Positions 1 through 10,105 are shown, numbered from the stretch's first letter. The stretch: 64,000 nucleotides of DNA from an uncultured Bdellovibrionales bacterium (GCA_964398485.1 CAYNMD010000003.1:1334-65333); one strand, 5' to 3'. Notes: generated from the letters alone by a model not told the origin. Made by a program: numbers and translations.

Positions 1-4
1 GGCT

Positions 5-751
5 GTGCGGGATATGGTACCTGATGGTCTCTTTCATCAACTAACTGGAACGAGATATGAATTCCAGGGTGAAAATATTTCTATTGACCCGAACAAGTAC
101 GAACTCGAAGAGAGACAAATTGGCTCTGGTTCTGAGAACAATGTCTACAAGCTTACTTCGCTTGATCCAAACCTTCCTTCACTCGTCATCAAGGTTGATC
201 GAACAGGTACCGAAGATGTCGATGTGCTCCTCGAGCGTGGTAAAGAGGTGCGTCGTGAATGGGAAACGATGAAAGAGTGGTACCAAAGTGTCCCTGGCCT
301 CGTGCCGGATGAGTTTTATTTTATTGGTCGTTCACCTATCGGCGGGAGAAATGCCCTCATTACCATCCAGGAATATTTGGGAACCAAAGATGAACTGCGG
401 GATTTTTTTCGCGATGTTTCTGCAGGACGATTGCATGAACTGCTGACGTCAGACACAGCGTTTCGTCGGGATTTCATTGCTTTTGCTCGGGTGACTATCG
501 AACATGCTGAGAAATATGATGAGATGATTGATACCATTGGCGTAAACAATTTGGTTTTGGCGGAGCGGCCAGAAGGAGCGAGACTGTTTCTTATCGATCC
601 GCATGTTATCAAGCATCCTCGGGGGACAGAGGTAGAAAATGAGCGTCAAGAACTGAGTGAGCAGCTGACTCGTCTCCGCACCATGCTCGCTGAAGCTGAA
701 GCAATAGAAGCGACTACTTCTTCTCCCGACACAGCCAGTATCTCGGCTTGA
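5..751 (+). CDS. atypical protein-kinase-like (RIO/KdoK-like fold) domain protein; 5' end may lie outside window
   Basis: Gly-rich loop-like IGSGSENNVYKL, conserved-Lys-like LVIKV, catalytic-loop-like GVNNLVL and metal-loop-like LIDPH; ORF opens at window edge (GTG at 5, in-frame ATG at 14). Confidence 0.35.
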   Translation: MRDMVPDGLFHQLTGTRYEFQGENISIDPNKYELEERQIGSGSENNVYKLTSLDPNLPSLVIKVDRTGTEDVDVLLERGKEVRREWETMKEWYQSVPGLVPDEFYFIGRSPIGGRNALITIQEYLGTKDELRDFFRDVSAGRLHELLTSDTAFRRDFIAFARVTIEHAEKYDEMIDTIGVNNLVLAERPEGARLFLIDPHVIKHPRGTEVENERQELSEQLTRLRTMLAEAEAIEATTSSPDTASISA

Positions 752-819
752 AAATGGAGGAGAAAAGGAGTAAGTTTGAGATAGAAAGCTCAAACGAGCC
801 TATTTTGGTGTTGTAACGC

Positions 820-3165
820 ATGAATTTATCAGAAAGAGATATCTGCACCAAGTTTATTACTCCATCCTTGACTAAGGCTGGATGGGATTTACATACCCAG
901 ATTCGTGAAGAAGTCTCGTTTACCGCTGGGCCGATCATGATTCGCGGGAAAACAATTTCACGTGGAGAGAGGAAGCGTGCTGACTACATTCTTTATTATC
1001 GAAACAATTTCCCTATTGCTCTCATTGAGGCAAAGGACGATACCCACAGTGTGGGTGACGGGATGCAGCAGGCATTGTCCTACGCAGAAGCACTCGATAT
1101 TCCTTTCGTCTATAGTTCTAATGGTTCTGGCTTTCTCGAACATGATCGATTACAAAATACATCCAATATTGAACAAGAACTCTCTCTCGACGACTTTCCG
1201 TCTCCCACTGATTTGTATGAGCGCTATATAAAGGAAAAGGCATTCAGTGGAGAAGAAGAGAGCATTCTTGCACAAGAGTATTTTGATGATGGTTCTGGAA
1301 AAGCTCCACGGTACTATCAGATCAATGCGATCAATCGTGCAGTCGAAGCAGTAACCAAAGGGAAAGATCGAATTATGCTCGTCATGGCGACGGGTACTGG
1401 CAAGACGTATACAGCGTTTCAAATTATCTGGCGCCTATGGAAAGCGCGAAAGAAACAGCGTATTCTTTTTCTTGTGGATCGGACGGCACTCGCTCAGCAG
1501 ACACTGACAGGAGAATTTCGTCATTTCGGTAATGCTGTGACCAAAATAGATGGCCCAAGTGTTGATAAGGCCTACGAAGTATACATTGCTCTCTATCAAG
1601 GCCTCATGGGCGGCGAAGAGATGGAGAAGTTCAAACAGTTCTCACCAGACTTTTTCGATCTCGTTGTTGTCGACGAGTGTCATCGTGGCAGTGCTAAAGA
1701 CGATGGCCTCTGGCGCTCCATTCTCGAGTATTACAAAAATGCTACGCAAATTGGTCTCACGGCAACGCCCAAGGCAGCTGATGATGCCAATAACTTTGAG
1801 TATTTCGGCGAGCCAGTCTATACCTACTCTCTCAAACAGGGGATTGAAGACGGTTTTCTCGCCCCGTACAAAGTCATTCGCTATCGCTTCAACTACGATG
1901 AATGGCGACCACCGCAAGGCTTCGTGGACAGGTATGGCGAACCGGTTCCTGATGAGATCTTTACTGAGTCGATGTTCGACCGTTCTATTGTTCTTGAGGA
2001 TCGCAATCGGGCTGTAGCCAAGTGTATCGCTGATTTCATGCGCGAGATTGACCCATTCCAAAAGGTGATTGTTTTCTGTGTTGATCAGGACCACGCCGAA
2101 CGGATGCGACGCTTTCTCGTGAACGCTCTCTCTGAATTCTGTTCTGAAAACTCACGCTATGTAGTGCGGATCACTGGAGATGATGCCTTTGGCAAGATGG
2201 AGATTGAACACTTCATCAATCCAGAGTCCAAATATCCCGTCATTGCGACGACTTCCAAACTGCTCTCGACGGGTGTCGATACACAGACGGTCAAACTCGT
2301 GGTACTCGATGCCCCGATGAATTCAATGACAGAGTTCAAACAGGTTATCGGTCGCGGGACACGCATCAATGAGCAGTACGACAAATACTACTTCACCATC
2401 ATGGACTTTCGCAATGTGACCCGGCTTTTTGCGGACCCAGCCTTTGATGGCGAACCGGTCAAAGTGTATGAACAGGATACTACCGATCCGCTCCAAGCTG
2501 CCCGTGCTATCGAAGCAGAAACACAGTCCGAAGCCGAAATTGCAGAGCATCACCCAGGGGAAGAGATTCTCATCGACGGTACTGATGATAATCCGAAACC
2601 CAAGAAAATCCACATTACCGATGGCGTGACGTTTGATGTGATCCAAAAGATCGTTCAGTATATTGATCCAAAAACCGGCAAACTCATTACCACTTCGCTT
2701 GAGGACTATAGCAAGTCAACGATTCGTGGTATATACTCTTCACTTGATGACTTCCTTAATCGTTGGCAAGCAACTGAGCGCAAAGATGCTATCATCACTG
2801 AACTGCGAGAACGCGGTGTACTCTTCGATGAACTCCAGAAAACCGTGGGGCAAGACTGTGATGTCTTTGATCTTATCCTTCATATAGCTTATGGACAGAA
2901 GCCACTCACGCGGAGCGAACGGTTGAAAAAAGTCCGCGAAAGTAATTATTTTGCCAAATACCAGGGAGTAGCGAGAGAAATTATCGATCATCTTCTCGAG
3001 AAATACGCCGAGTATGGTATCGCGGCGATCGATGATGTCGGTGATCTTCAGGTGACGCCGTTTACAGAGTACGGTACGGCGCTTGAAATTCTCGAGATAT
3101 TTGGTGGTCGGGAGCAGTATATGCAGACTGTCCGAGAGATTGAGCGAGAACTCTACCACGTCTAA
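820..3165 (+). CDS. hsdR: type I restriction enzyme R subunit (HsdR)
   Basis: N-terminal MNLSERDICTKFITPSL..., Walker A MATGTGKT, DEAD-box-like VVVDECHRGS, helicase motifs; ATG start verified at 820. Confidence 0.9.
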   Translation: MNLSERDICTKFITPSLTKAGWDLHTQIREEVSFTAGPIMIRGKTISRGERKRADYILYYRNNFPIALIEAKDDTHSVGDGMQQALSYAEALDIPFVYSSNGSGFLEHDRLQNTSNIEQELSLDDFPSPTDLYERYIKEKAFSGEEESILAQEYFDDGSGKAPRYYQINAINRAVEAVTKGKDRIMLVMATGTGKTYTAFQIIWRLWKARKKQRILFLVDRTALAQQTLTGEFRHFGNAVTKIDGPSVDKAYEVYIALYQGLMGGEEMEKFKQFSPDFFDLVVVDECHRGSAKDDGLWRSILEYYKNATQIGLTATPKAADDANNFEYFGEPVYTYSLKQGIEDGFLAPYKVIRYRFNYDEWRPPQGFVDRYGEPVPDEIFTESMFDRSIVLEDRNRAVAKCIADFMREIDPFQKVIVFCVDQDHAERMRRFLVNALSEFCSENSRYVVRITGDDAFGKMEIEHFINPESKYPVIATTSKLLSTGVDTQTVKLVVLDAPMNSMTEFKQVIGRGTRINEQYDKYYFTIMDFRNVTRLFADPAFDGEPVKVYEQDTTDPLQAARAIEAETQSEAEIAEHHPGEEILIDGTDDNPKPKKIHITDGVTFDVIQKIVQYIDPKTGKLITTSLEDYSKSTIRGIYSSLDDFLNRWQATERKDAIITELRERGVLFDELQKTVGQDCDVFDLILHIAYGQKPLTRSERLKKVRESNYFAKYQGVAREIIDHLLEKYAEYGIAAIDDVGDLQVTPFTEYGTALEILEIFGGREQYMQTVREIERELYHV

Positions 3166-3168
3166 TCT

Positions 3169-4596
3169 ATGTCCGAAATTCAAAATATCATCAAAAGCAT
3201 TCAGAATATCATGCGCAAAGACGCTGGAGTGGATGGTGATGCTCAGCGCCTCTCGCAGCTCGTGTGGATGCTCTTTCTCAAGATCTATGATGATCGAGAG
3301 AAAAACCTCGAAGCGATCGACCCGAGCTACCATTCCCCGATACCTGAGGAATTTCGCTGGCGCTACTGGGCTGCCAACCCCGAAGGGATCACGGGGGATG
3401 ATCTTCGCACCTTCATCGATAAAGATCTCTTTCCGGCGCTCAAAAACCTTTCTCTCCATGGGAGCAATCAAAATGCCGCTATCGTCCGGGGAGTCTTTGC
3501 CGACTCCTATAATTACATGAAGAACGGGACGCTCATACGACAAGTGGCCAACAAAATCAATGAAGTGAATTTCAACAAAAAAGCTGATCGTCACCAGTTT
3601 GGTGATATCTATGAAAAGCTGCTCAAGGATTTGCAGAGTGCTGGCAATGCTGGTGAATTCTATACTCCACGGCCACTCACCAACTTTGTGGTAGGGATGG
3701 TTGATCCGAAACTTGGAGAGAAAATCCTTGATCCGGCTTGTGGCACGGGCGGATTTCTCATCTCCACGCTCGAGCATATCCGTGCGCACGAGGTCAAGAC
3801 ACAGGATGACGAATCTGCTCTCGAGTCATTGCTCCATGGCGTCGAGTTGAAACCACTCCCACATCTCCTTGCGACAACCAATTTTCTCTTGCACGATGTT
3901 GGCAATCCGGCGACCATCAGACGCGATGATATGCTCTCGTATCCACTCACCTCGTATGGCCCGGCTGATCGAGTCGATGTGATCGTGGCCAATCCACCCT
4001 TTGGTGGAGTGGTGGCCGATGGGACCCAGGCCAATTTCCCGAGCGACCTCCGCACCAAAGATACTGCCCTTCTCTTTCTCATCCTCTTCATCCATCTCTT
4101 GAAGCCTGGTGGCAGAGCAGGGGTGGTGCTCCCAGATGGTGTTCTCTTTGGTGACAATACTGCTGCCAAGATCAAAGAAAAGCTCCTTGCCGAATGCAAT
4201 GTCCACACGATAGTGCGGCTTCCTGCCGGGGTCTTCAATCCCTATGCGGGGGTCAATACCAATCTCATTTTTTTTGAGAAAGGCCAGCCAACCAAAGAAG
4301 TGTGGTATTACCAGATGCCGCTCCCCGAGGGACTCCGTGCCTATACCAAGACACGGCCGATTACCGATGCTGAATTTGAACCGGTCAAGAAATGGTGGAG
4401 GAAGCGAAAAGAAAATGAATTTGCGTGGAAAGTTTCTATCAATCAAATCCGCGAGCGTAATTGGTCACTCGACTTCAAGAATCCTAACGGTCAAGTAGTT
4501 GAGGAACACAAAACCCCGAAGGAGATTTTGGGAGATATTGAGGACAAGGAAAAAGAAATTTCCAAACTGTTGAATGAGATGCGGCAAGAGATATGA
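3169..4596 (+). CDS. hsdM: type I RM N6-adenine DNA methyltransferase subunit (HsdM)
   Basis: N-terminal HsdM-N region, AdoMet motif DPACGTGGFL, catalytic VANPPFGG; 3 nt after hsdR stop. Confidence 0.9.
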   Translation: MSEIQNIIKSIQNIMRKDAGVDGDAQRLSQLVWMLFLKIYDDREKNLEAIDPSYHSPIPEEFRWRYWAANPEGITGDDLRTFIDKDLFPALKNLSLHGSNQNAAIVRGVFADSYNYMKNGTLIRQVANKINEVNFNKKADRHQFGDIYEKLLKDLQSAGNAGEFYTPRPLTNFVVGMVDPKLGEKILDPACGTGGFLISTLEHIRAHEVKTQDDESALESLLHGVELKPLPHLLATTNFLLHDVGNPATIRRDDMLSYPLTSYGPADRVDVIVANPPFGGVVADGTQANFPSDLRTKDTALLFLILFIHLLKPGGRAGVVLPDGVLFGDNTAAKIKEKLLAECNVHTIVRLPAGVFNPYAGVNTNLIFFEKGQPTKEVWYYQMPLPEGLRAYTKTRPITDAEFEPVKKWWRKRKENEFAWKVSINQIRERNWSLDFKNPNGQVVEEHKTPKEILGDIEDKEKEISKLLNEMRQEI

Positions 4597-5351
4597 ATAA
4601 ACTTGAATTAACAAGAGAGAATTTTCGTTTGCTTGCATCAATTATTTCATCTGCTACATCTGGGACGCTCTTTACTAAATTATTGATGGACGCCGGTTGG
4701 ACACCAGAATCAACGGCTTCACAGGCGTGGCAATTAGCAAGAAAATCCAAAGAAGACTATCTCTTTGATCAATTTGTGCAAATTGCAGAGCAAGGACGTG
4801 AGGACATTGTTGAGTTTGTTGTGGAGAAAACAATCATAAAAAGTAGTGTTTACTTCAAGAAAGGAGATAAAGACTATAAGTTTCCTCGAGATACCTTTAC
4901 GGCTCTAAAGAAAAAAGTTGGTAAAAAAGAAGTTGTTTTACAAAAGAAGGACGTTAAACTTTTTAATGAGAGGAAGTTTCACCCCTCAGTAGTTTTCGCA
5001 AGCAAGAGGCTTTTTTCCGATGGATACTATTCACAAGCAATCTTTGAGGCCTGCAAACTTTTAAATAAAAGAGTACAAGAACGCTCTGGTTCATCAAAAG
5101 ATGGAAAATCTTTGATGCTGGATGTTTTCAGTGTCAATAATCCTAGACTTAAATTCTCTGATATAACAAGTCAGTCAGGAAGAGATGAACAGGAGGGCTT
5201 TATGCATATCTTTGCTGGAGTAATGCAGGGAGTTAGAAACCCAAAGGGTCACGACATTATAGATCTCAGGGATTCGAGTCGTGCCTTGGAGTATATGAGT
5301 ATTGTGAGTCTTCTTTTTAGGAAGTTGGAGGAAATAGATAATGGAAAATAG
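4593..5351 (+). CDS. HEPN/Abi_C-like (TIGR02391-like) protein embedded in hsd operon
   Basis: C-terminal FAGVMQGVRNPKGHDIIDL carries an Rx4H HEPN-type motif (RNxxxH as in Abi_C); start ATG overlaps hsdM stop (ATGA at 4593-4596). Confidence 0.5.
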   Translation: MNKLELTRENFRLLASIISSATSGTLFTKLLMDAGWTPESTASQAWQLARKSKEDYLFDQFVQIAEQGREDIVEFVVEKTIIKSSVYFKKGDKDYKFPRDTFTALKKKVGKKEVVLQKKDVKLFNERKFHPSVVFASKRLFSDGYYSQAIFEACKLLNKRVQERSGSSKDGKSLMLDVFSVNNPRLKFSDITSQSGRDEQEGFMHIFAGVMQGVRNPKGHDIIDLRDSSRALEYMSIVSLLFRKLEEIDNGK

Positions 5352-6138
5352 AACCAAGTTTTTTATTTTTAGTGACGAGTCAGGAAGCTGGCATGATCCA
5401 GCAGATATTTACGTTAGGTCATGGGTCGTAATAACAAGTGAAGAATATAACAAGCTGCTGGCCAAGGTTGATGAAATTGCTAGTTTTATCGGATCAAAAG
5501 AACTATCGTGGAATACTTTAGCAGGCAACAAGAACCTCTTTCACTCATTTGATGGGATTAGTTTTAGGATTTTTATTACGGTCTCTTGTCCAAAAGATAT
5601 TTCATGGGGTACGAAATATCGGCTGACGAAAAATTTTGAAACGAGTATATTAGGTTTTGATTTTGGTGAGCTGGATGAAGGTTTAAGGGCATACATTAAA
5701 GATAGGATTTATAAAGATATAAAGAATGCATTATTTTTAAACTTCTATGAAAGGTATCATATTGAAAATGCAAAAAAGGGGATTGAACGCGTTATCAAAC
5801 CAACTGATTATGATTTGATATATCGTATTGATCCTCCACAGATGCCCCAAGAAGGATGGAAGAATATACTACAGAAAGTTGATAACTCTTCTTCAATTAA
5901 TATAGAATTTCCAAAATCAAGCCGGACACAAGGGATACAATTTGCAGATGTGGTTGCTGGTTGTTTCCGATCCTTGCTTTTAAAGGGTAGAAAGTTTGAA
6001 GAGTCAAAAGAGTTTTTAAAAGTTATTAAAGATCGCATTATACAGAAGAATAAGGAGAACCCAAATCCAAATCTAATATTTTTTGGAGAAATGAACAACG
6101 ATATAAAGTTAAACTGTGCAGATATCTGGAAGTACTGA
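5341..6138 (+). CDS. DUF3800-family protein embedded in hsd operon
   Basis: N-terminal FIFSDESGSW (DES motif) and C-terminal IQFADVVAGC (QxAD motif) typical of DUF3800; GGAGG RBS 9 nt upstream; overlaps previous gene by 11 nt. Confidence 0.5.
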   Translation: MENRTKFFIFSDESGSWHDPADIYVRSWVVITSEEYNKLLAKVDEIASFIGSKELSWNTLAGNKNLFHSFDGISFRIFITVSCPKDISWGTKYRLTKNFETSILGFDFGELDEGLRAYIKDRIYKDIKNALFLNFYERYHIENAKKGIERVIKPTDYDLIYRIDPPQMPQEGWKNILQKVDNSSSINIEFPKSSRTQGIQFADVVAGCFRSLLLKGRKFEESKEFLKVIKDRIIQKNKENPNPNLIFFGEMNNDIKLNCADIWKY

Positions 6139-6142
6139 ATTT

Positions 6143-7324
6143 ATGAACTACCCAACAAAAAAACTTGGAGAGGTTTGTGGAGTTGTTGGTGGGGGGACGC
6201 CATCGACAAAAGTTAGTGAATATTGGGGCAACAAATACCATTGGGTAACACCGAAGGACTTGGGCCAGTTGAAGAGTGTAGAGATTTCCCAGACCAATAA
6301 ACAAATTACCGATAGTGGATTAAGGGACTCTTCGGCAAAACTGCTTCCCGCTGGATCTGTTATCCTCTCATCTCGTGCCCCTATTGGATATGTTGCAATT
6401 AATACTGTGCCAATGGCTACGAATCAAGGATGTCGCAGTTTCGTATGTGGGCCGAAAGTTTTTAATAAGTATCTGTATTACTTTTTGATCGCCTCCCATG
6501 ACTATCTTCAAACATTGGGAGGCGGCTCAACTTTTCTTGAAGTTTCCGGATCACGTCTGAAAGAGATTGAAATCCGGGTTCCGCCTATTAGGGAGCAGGG
6601 GAAGATTGTTGCGAAGATAGAACGGCAATTTGCCAAGATGGACGAGGCCGCGCGGTTGCGCGCGGAGAGTGAGGCTCTTGCCGAAAAACTCCTCCCCGCC
6701 GCCCTCCACGAAATCTTCTCCTCACACAATTGGGATTTGGTCTCTCTCAGTGATGTGGTTACGAGTTTTCAATACGGTAGTTCAAAAAAAGCCTCTGATA
6801 TTGGTGAGGTTGTGTGTGTAAGAATGGGTAACTTACAGAGCGGTGAAATCGATTGGACAAATCTGAAATATGCTCCAGATAATGAAGAATTAGAGAAATT
6901 TTTTCTACGTGATGGTGATGTATTATTTAACCGTACCAACAGTCCTGAGCTTGTGGGCAAGACCGCAATTTATCGGGGTGATAGGCCCGCCATATTTGCT
7001 GGTTATTTGATTCGTATAAACTACGTACGGGATAAAGTGCTAGGACAATATTTAAACTATTGTCTTAATTCTGATTTTGCAAAAGACTTCTGTCAGAGAG
7101 TTAAAACGGATGGAGTAAGTCAGTCTAATATTAATGCGCAGAAGCTTGCAACATTTACCTTCCCACTTCCACCGCTTACAGAACAAAAGAAGATTGTGAA
7201 AAAGTTGGATGCTCTCGCTGAAAAGGTGAAGGCCCTCCGCGAGCTGCAGGCAGCTCAAGCAGCCGATCTCAAAGCCCTCAAGCAATCCATCCTCCATCAG
7301 GCATTCAGTGGAGATGGGAAGTAG
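6143..7324 (+). CDS. hsdS: type I RM specificity subunit (HsdS)
   Basis: Two target-recognition-domain halves separated by conserved coiled-coil repeats (LPPLTEQKKIVKKLDAL...; central AKMDEAARLRAESEALAEKLL); ATG at 6143 verified, 4 nt after DUF3800 stop. Confidence 0.85.
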   Translation: MNYPTKKLGEVCGVVGGGTPSTKVSEYWGNKYHWVTPKDLGQLKSVEISQTNKQITDSGLRDSSAKLLPAGSVILSSRAPIGYVAINTVPMATNQGCRSFVCGPKVFNKYLYYFLIASHDYLQTLGGGSTFLEVSGSRLKEIEIRVPPIREQGKIVAKIERQFAKMDEAARLRAESEALAEKLLPAALHEIFSSHNWDLVSLSDVVTSFQYGSSKKASDIGEVVCVRMGNLQSGEIDWTNLKYAPDNEELEKFFLRDGDVLFNRTNSPELVGKTAIYRGDRPAIFAGYLIRINYVRDKVLGQYLNYCLNSDFAKDFCQRVKTDGVSQSNINAQKLATFTFPLPPLTEQKKIVKKLDALAEKVKALRELQAAQAADLKALKQSILHQAFSGDGK

Positions 7325-7350
7325 ATATTGTCAGGGCGTACAATAGCGAT

Positions 7351-7590
7351 ATGAAAAATCAGTATCCTAATGATGGGAAGCGACATCCTGACCTCTCAGA
7401 TCTCTGGCACGAGATTGTCGAGGCAGCGCGGCCATTGGGAGCGAGCTCCTCTTTTTACCTCTGGGTCTTCGCTGTGGTTGCACTTATGTCGTACCCTGAT
7501 TGGCGGGCCATCGTCGGATGGGGGTTTGCGCTTTTTGGTTTGTGGGGGATTTTGTTCCTTCGCTCCCGGTTTCGTTTACCAATAAAGTGA
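7351..7590 (+). CDS. small membrane protein, hypothetical
   Basis: 79 aa ORF with two hydrophobic helices (FYLWVFAVVALM, GWGFALFGLWGILFL). Confidence 0.3.
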   Translation: MKNQYPNDGKRHPDLSDLWHEIVEAARPLGASSSFYLWVFAVVALMSYPDWRAIVGWGFALFGLWGILFLRSRFRLPIK

Positions 7591-7635
7591 AGGACTGAGT
7601 GCAACAGGGTGACGGACAAAAATTAAACGTACAGT

Positions 7636-8001
7636 ATGCCAAAAAAAGTTGAGACAGTAAGTGAATATATCATGACAGCACCAGCTTGGGCGCGGCCGAC
7701 GCTGCGAGAACTCCGTCGAGTGATTCGTGCCGCCGCTCCCAAGGCGAAGGAATCAATTAGTTATCACATGCCCTACTATGCCGAGGAAGGGCGCGTGGCG
7801 TATTTTGGAGCGTACCGAGATCACTGCAGTTTCCATTGGGTGAGTAGCGAGGACAAGCGAGAACTGAGTGAGGTTCTGAAAAAAGTGAAAGTAGCAGGGA
7901 GTACGCTGCATATTCCGCGCGGGGAGCGGGTACCGGTGAGAGTGATCACTCAATTGGTGCGAGCTCATGTGAAACATAATCTCGCTAAAAAGAGAAGATA
8001 G
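7636..8001 (+). CDS. DUF1801 (YdhG-like) domain protein
   Basis: 121 aa, PAWARPTLRELRRVIRAAAP...YHMPYY pattern typical of DUF1801. Confidence 0.45.
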   Translation: MPKKVETVSEYIMTAPAWARPTLRELRRVIRAAAPKAKESISYHMPYYAEEGRVAYFGAYRDHCSFHWVSSEDKRELSEVLKKVKVAGSTLHIPRGERVPVRVITQLVRAHVKHNLAKKRR

Positions 8002-8062
8002 ACTTTTTCGGAGATGACTCTAAGAGTACTACAATTACTGACTAATCATTCTCTAAAAAAAT

Positions 8063-8548
8063 ATGCATACAGCAGTTTTTACCAAAGATCTCGAACAGGG
8101 GACGCTTCGGGTCGAGCGCATGTTTGATGCCGCACCTGAGAAAGTGTGGCAGGCACATACACAGAGTGAGCTTCTTGGTGAATGGTGGGCACCCAAGCCA
8201 TGGAAAGCCGTGACGGTCTCGATGGATTTTCGTGAGGGAGGGAAGTGGCTCTATTACATGCTCGGGCCCGAGGGTGAGCGGCATTACTGCACGCAGACCT
8301 ATGAAACAATTGAGCCTGGGAAAAGCTTTATGGGTGAAGATTATTTTTGTGATGAAAACGGAGTGAAAAAAGAAGATATGCCCGTCTCTCACTGGACGAT
8401 GCAGCTCGTGCCACAGGAAAATGGTACAGAGATGATAACGACGGTGCGTTATGCCAAAGCGGATGATCTTCGCAAAGTAATTGAGATGGGCATGGAGGAG
8501 GGGTATGCCATGGGACTCAATCAGCTTGAGGCGTTCCTCAATAAATAA
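8063..8548 (+). CDS. SRPBCC / AHSA1-like (activator of Hsp90 ATPase homolog) domain protein
   Basis: FDAAPEKVWQAHTQSELLGEWWAPKPW pattern of AHSA1/polyketide-cyclase START-like fold. Confidence 0.55.
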   Translation: MHTAVFTKDLEQGTLRVERMFDAAPEKVWQAHTQSELLGEWWAPKPWKAVTVSMDFREGGKWLYYMLGPEGERHYCTQTYETIEPGKSFMGEDYFCDENGVKKEDMPVSHWTMQLVPQENGTEMITTVRYAKADDLRKVIEMGMEEGYAMGLNQLEAFLNK

Positions 8549-8565
8549 TTTTCTATCTTTTATAT

Positions 8566-9000
8566 ATGGCCAGAGTCAGTACCTATCTCAATTTTACTAA
8601 TCAAACAGAGCAGGCTTTCCATTTTTATCAAGAAGTGTTTGGGACACAATTGGTTGGCGAAGTGGCTCGTTTTGGAGACATACCACCTGCTGAGGGTATG
8701 CCGCCGCTTTCTGAGGAAGACAAACAGTTAGTCATGCATATGGAGCTCCCGATACTCGGTGGACATGTGCTTATGGGTACCGATGCTCCGGCTTCGATGG
8801 GCTTTGCGGTACAGCAGGGTAATGCTACTCACATCAATCTTGAACCAGATGCTCTAGAGGAAGCGAAGCGCTTGTTTGATGCGCTTTCTCAAGGGGGGAA
8901 AGTGGATATGCCTCTCCAAAAAATGTTTTGGGGTGCTCACTTTGCATCCTTTACGGATCGTTTTGGCGTGCACTGGATGATAAACTGTGCGGGAGCGTAG
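8566..9000 (+). CDS. VOC-family (glyoxalase/PhnB-like) protein
   Basis: YLNFTNQTEQAFHFYQEVFG...MHMELPILGGHVLMGTD...MFWGAHFASFTDRFGVHWMIN typical PhnB-like VOC fold. Confidence 0.55.
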   Translation: MARVSTYLNFTNQTEQAFHFYQEVFGTQLVGEVARFGDIPPAEGMPPLSEEDKQLVMHMELPILGGHVLMGTDAPASMGFAVQQGNATHINLEPDALEEAKRLFDALSQGGKVDMPLQKMFWGAHFASFTDRFGVHWMINCAGA

Positions 9001-9008
9001 GGAAGAGT

Positions 9009-9284
9009 ATGGGCGCGCTGCATCGAGTCCCTCAGGATCTCAAAGCAATTCTCGATAGTCAGTCTGATGTACGAAAGCAGTGGGAGAGTCTCACTCCACT
9101 TGCGCGGAATGAGTGGGTTTGTTATGTCACCATCGTCAAGAAACCTGAAACGAGAGCGAGCCATCTCCAAAGACTCGTGAGTGATCTCCGTGGTGGTAAA
9201 CGTCGTCCCTGCTGTTGGCCAGGCTGCCCACATCGTCGGCCCGAGGCTGCCAAATGGTTTGGTAAAAGAATGGCTAAAGTATAG
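9009..9284 (+). CDS. YdeI/OmpD-associated family protein
   Basis: PQDLKAILDSQSDVRKQWESLTPLARNEWVCYV pattern; ATG at 9009 chosen because the longer ORF overlaps previous gene. Confidence 0.4.
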   Translation: MGALHRVPQDLKAILDSQSDVRKQWESLTPLARNEWVCYVTIVKKPETRASHLQRLVSDLRGGKRRPCCWPGCPHRRPEAAKWFGKRMAKV

Positions 9285-9286
9285 AC

Positions 9287-9826
9287 ATGTTCCAGTACAC
9301 TGTGCGAAAAAGACGAGGGGCCAAGTATCTCCGGTTGAGAGTAGTTCCTCCTGGTGAGATTATTATTTCCGCCCCGACCTGGCTCGGAGGAGAGGCGATC
9401 GAGCAGTTTCTCGAAGAAAAGGCAGCGTGGCTCCGGGCCAAGCTTTCTCTCGTGAAGCATATCCCTCGGCGCCGAACGAAAAGAGAAGAGCGGCGAGACT
9501 ATGAAGAGAAAAAAGAAACAGCAAGAACTCTCGTAGAGGAGTGCGTGGTGAGACTCAATCAGGGCTATCGGTTTCCGGTCGGTCGCATCACGATCCGCAA
9601 TCAGAAAACTCGTTGGGGGAGCTGTTCGAGTCAGGGGAACCTGAGTTTTAATTACCGGATCGTTTATCTTTCGCCGAGAGAACGAGACTATATCGTCGTA
9701 CATGAACTCTGTCATCTCAAAGAAATGAATCACTCGCCTCGCTTTTGGGCGCTGGTGGAGAAAGCTATGCCGGATTACCTGGTGCTGCGGCGACGCTTGC
9801 GAGAACAGGGGAAGCTTTTGTACTAG
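9287..9826 (+). CDS. YgjP-like metal-dependent hydrolase (DUF45/M48-like, HExxH)
   Basis: [46 protein letters not shown] with HELCH zinc motif. Confidence 0.6.
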   Translation: MFQYTVRKRRGAKYLRLRVVPPGEIIISAPTWLGGEAIEQFLEEKAAWLRAKLSLVKHIPRRRTKREERRDYEEKKETARTLVEECVVRLNQGYRFPVGRITIRNQKTRWGSCSSQGNLSFNYRIVYLSPRERDYIVVHELCHLKEMNHSPRFWALVEKAMPDYLVLRRRLREQGKLLY

Positions 9827-9830
9827 AACT

Positions 9831-10076
9831 ATGTATTTTCTCTATTTGCTCCAGTGCGCTGATGGGACGCTCTACACGGGGATCACAACCGATCTCAAGC
9901 GGCGACTTGCCGAACACAACACTTCGCTTCGAGGGGCAAAATATACACGGGGTCGTCGGCCAGTGGTACTTGTCTACAGTAAGAAGTTCCGCAGCCGCTG
10001 CGCCGCTTCGAGTGCCGAATCCCAAATGAAAAAACTTACTCGGGCGGAAAAGTTAGCTCTCTTTCAGGGTGAATAG
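9831..10076 (+). CDS. GIY-YIG nuclease family protein
   Basis: [30 protein letters not shown] classic GIY-YIG N-terminus. Confidence 0.6.
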   Translation: MYFLYLLQCADGTLYTGITTDLKRRLAEHNTSLRGAKYTRGRRPVVLVYSKKFRSRCAASSAESQMKKLTRAEKLALFQGE

Positions 10077-10105
10077 GGTATACTGAAAAAAAGTATTTTG
10101 TTTTT

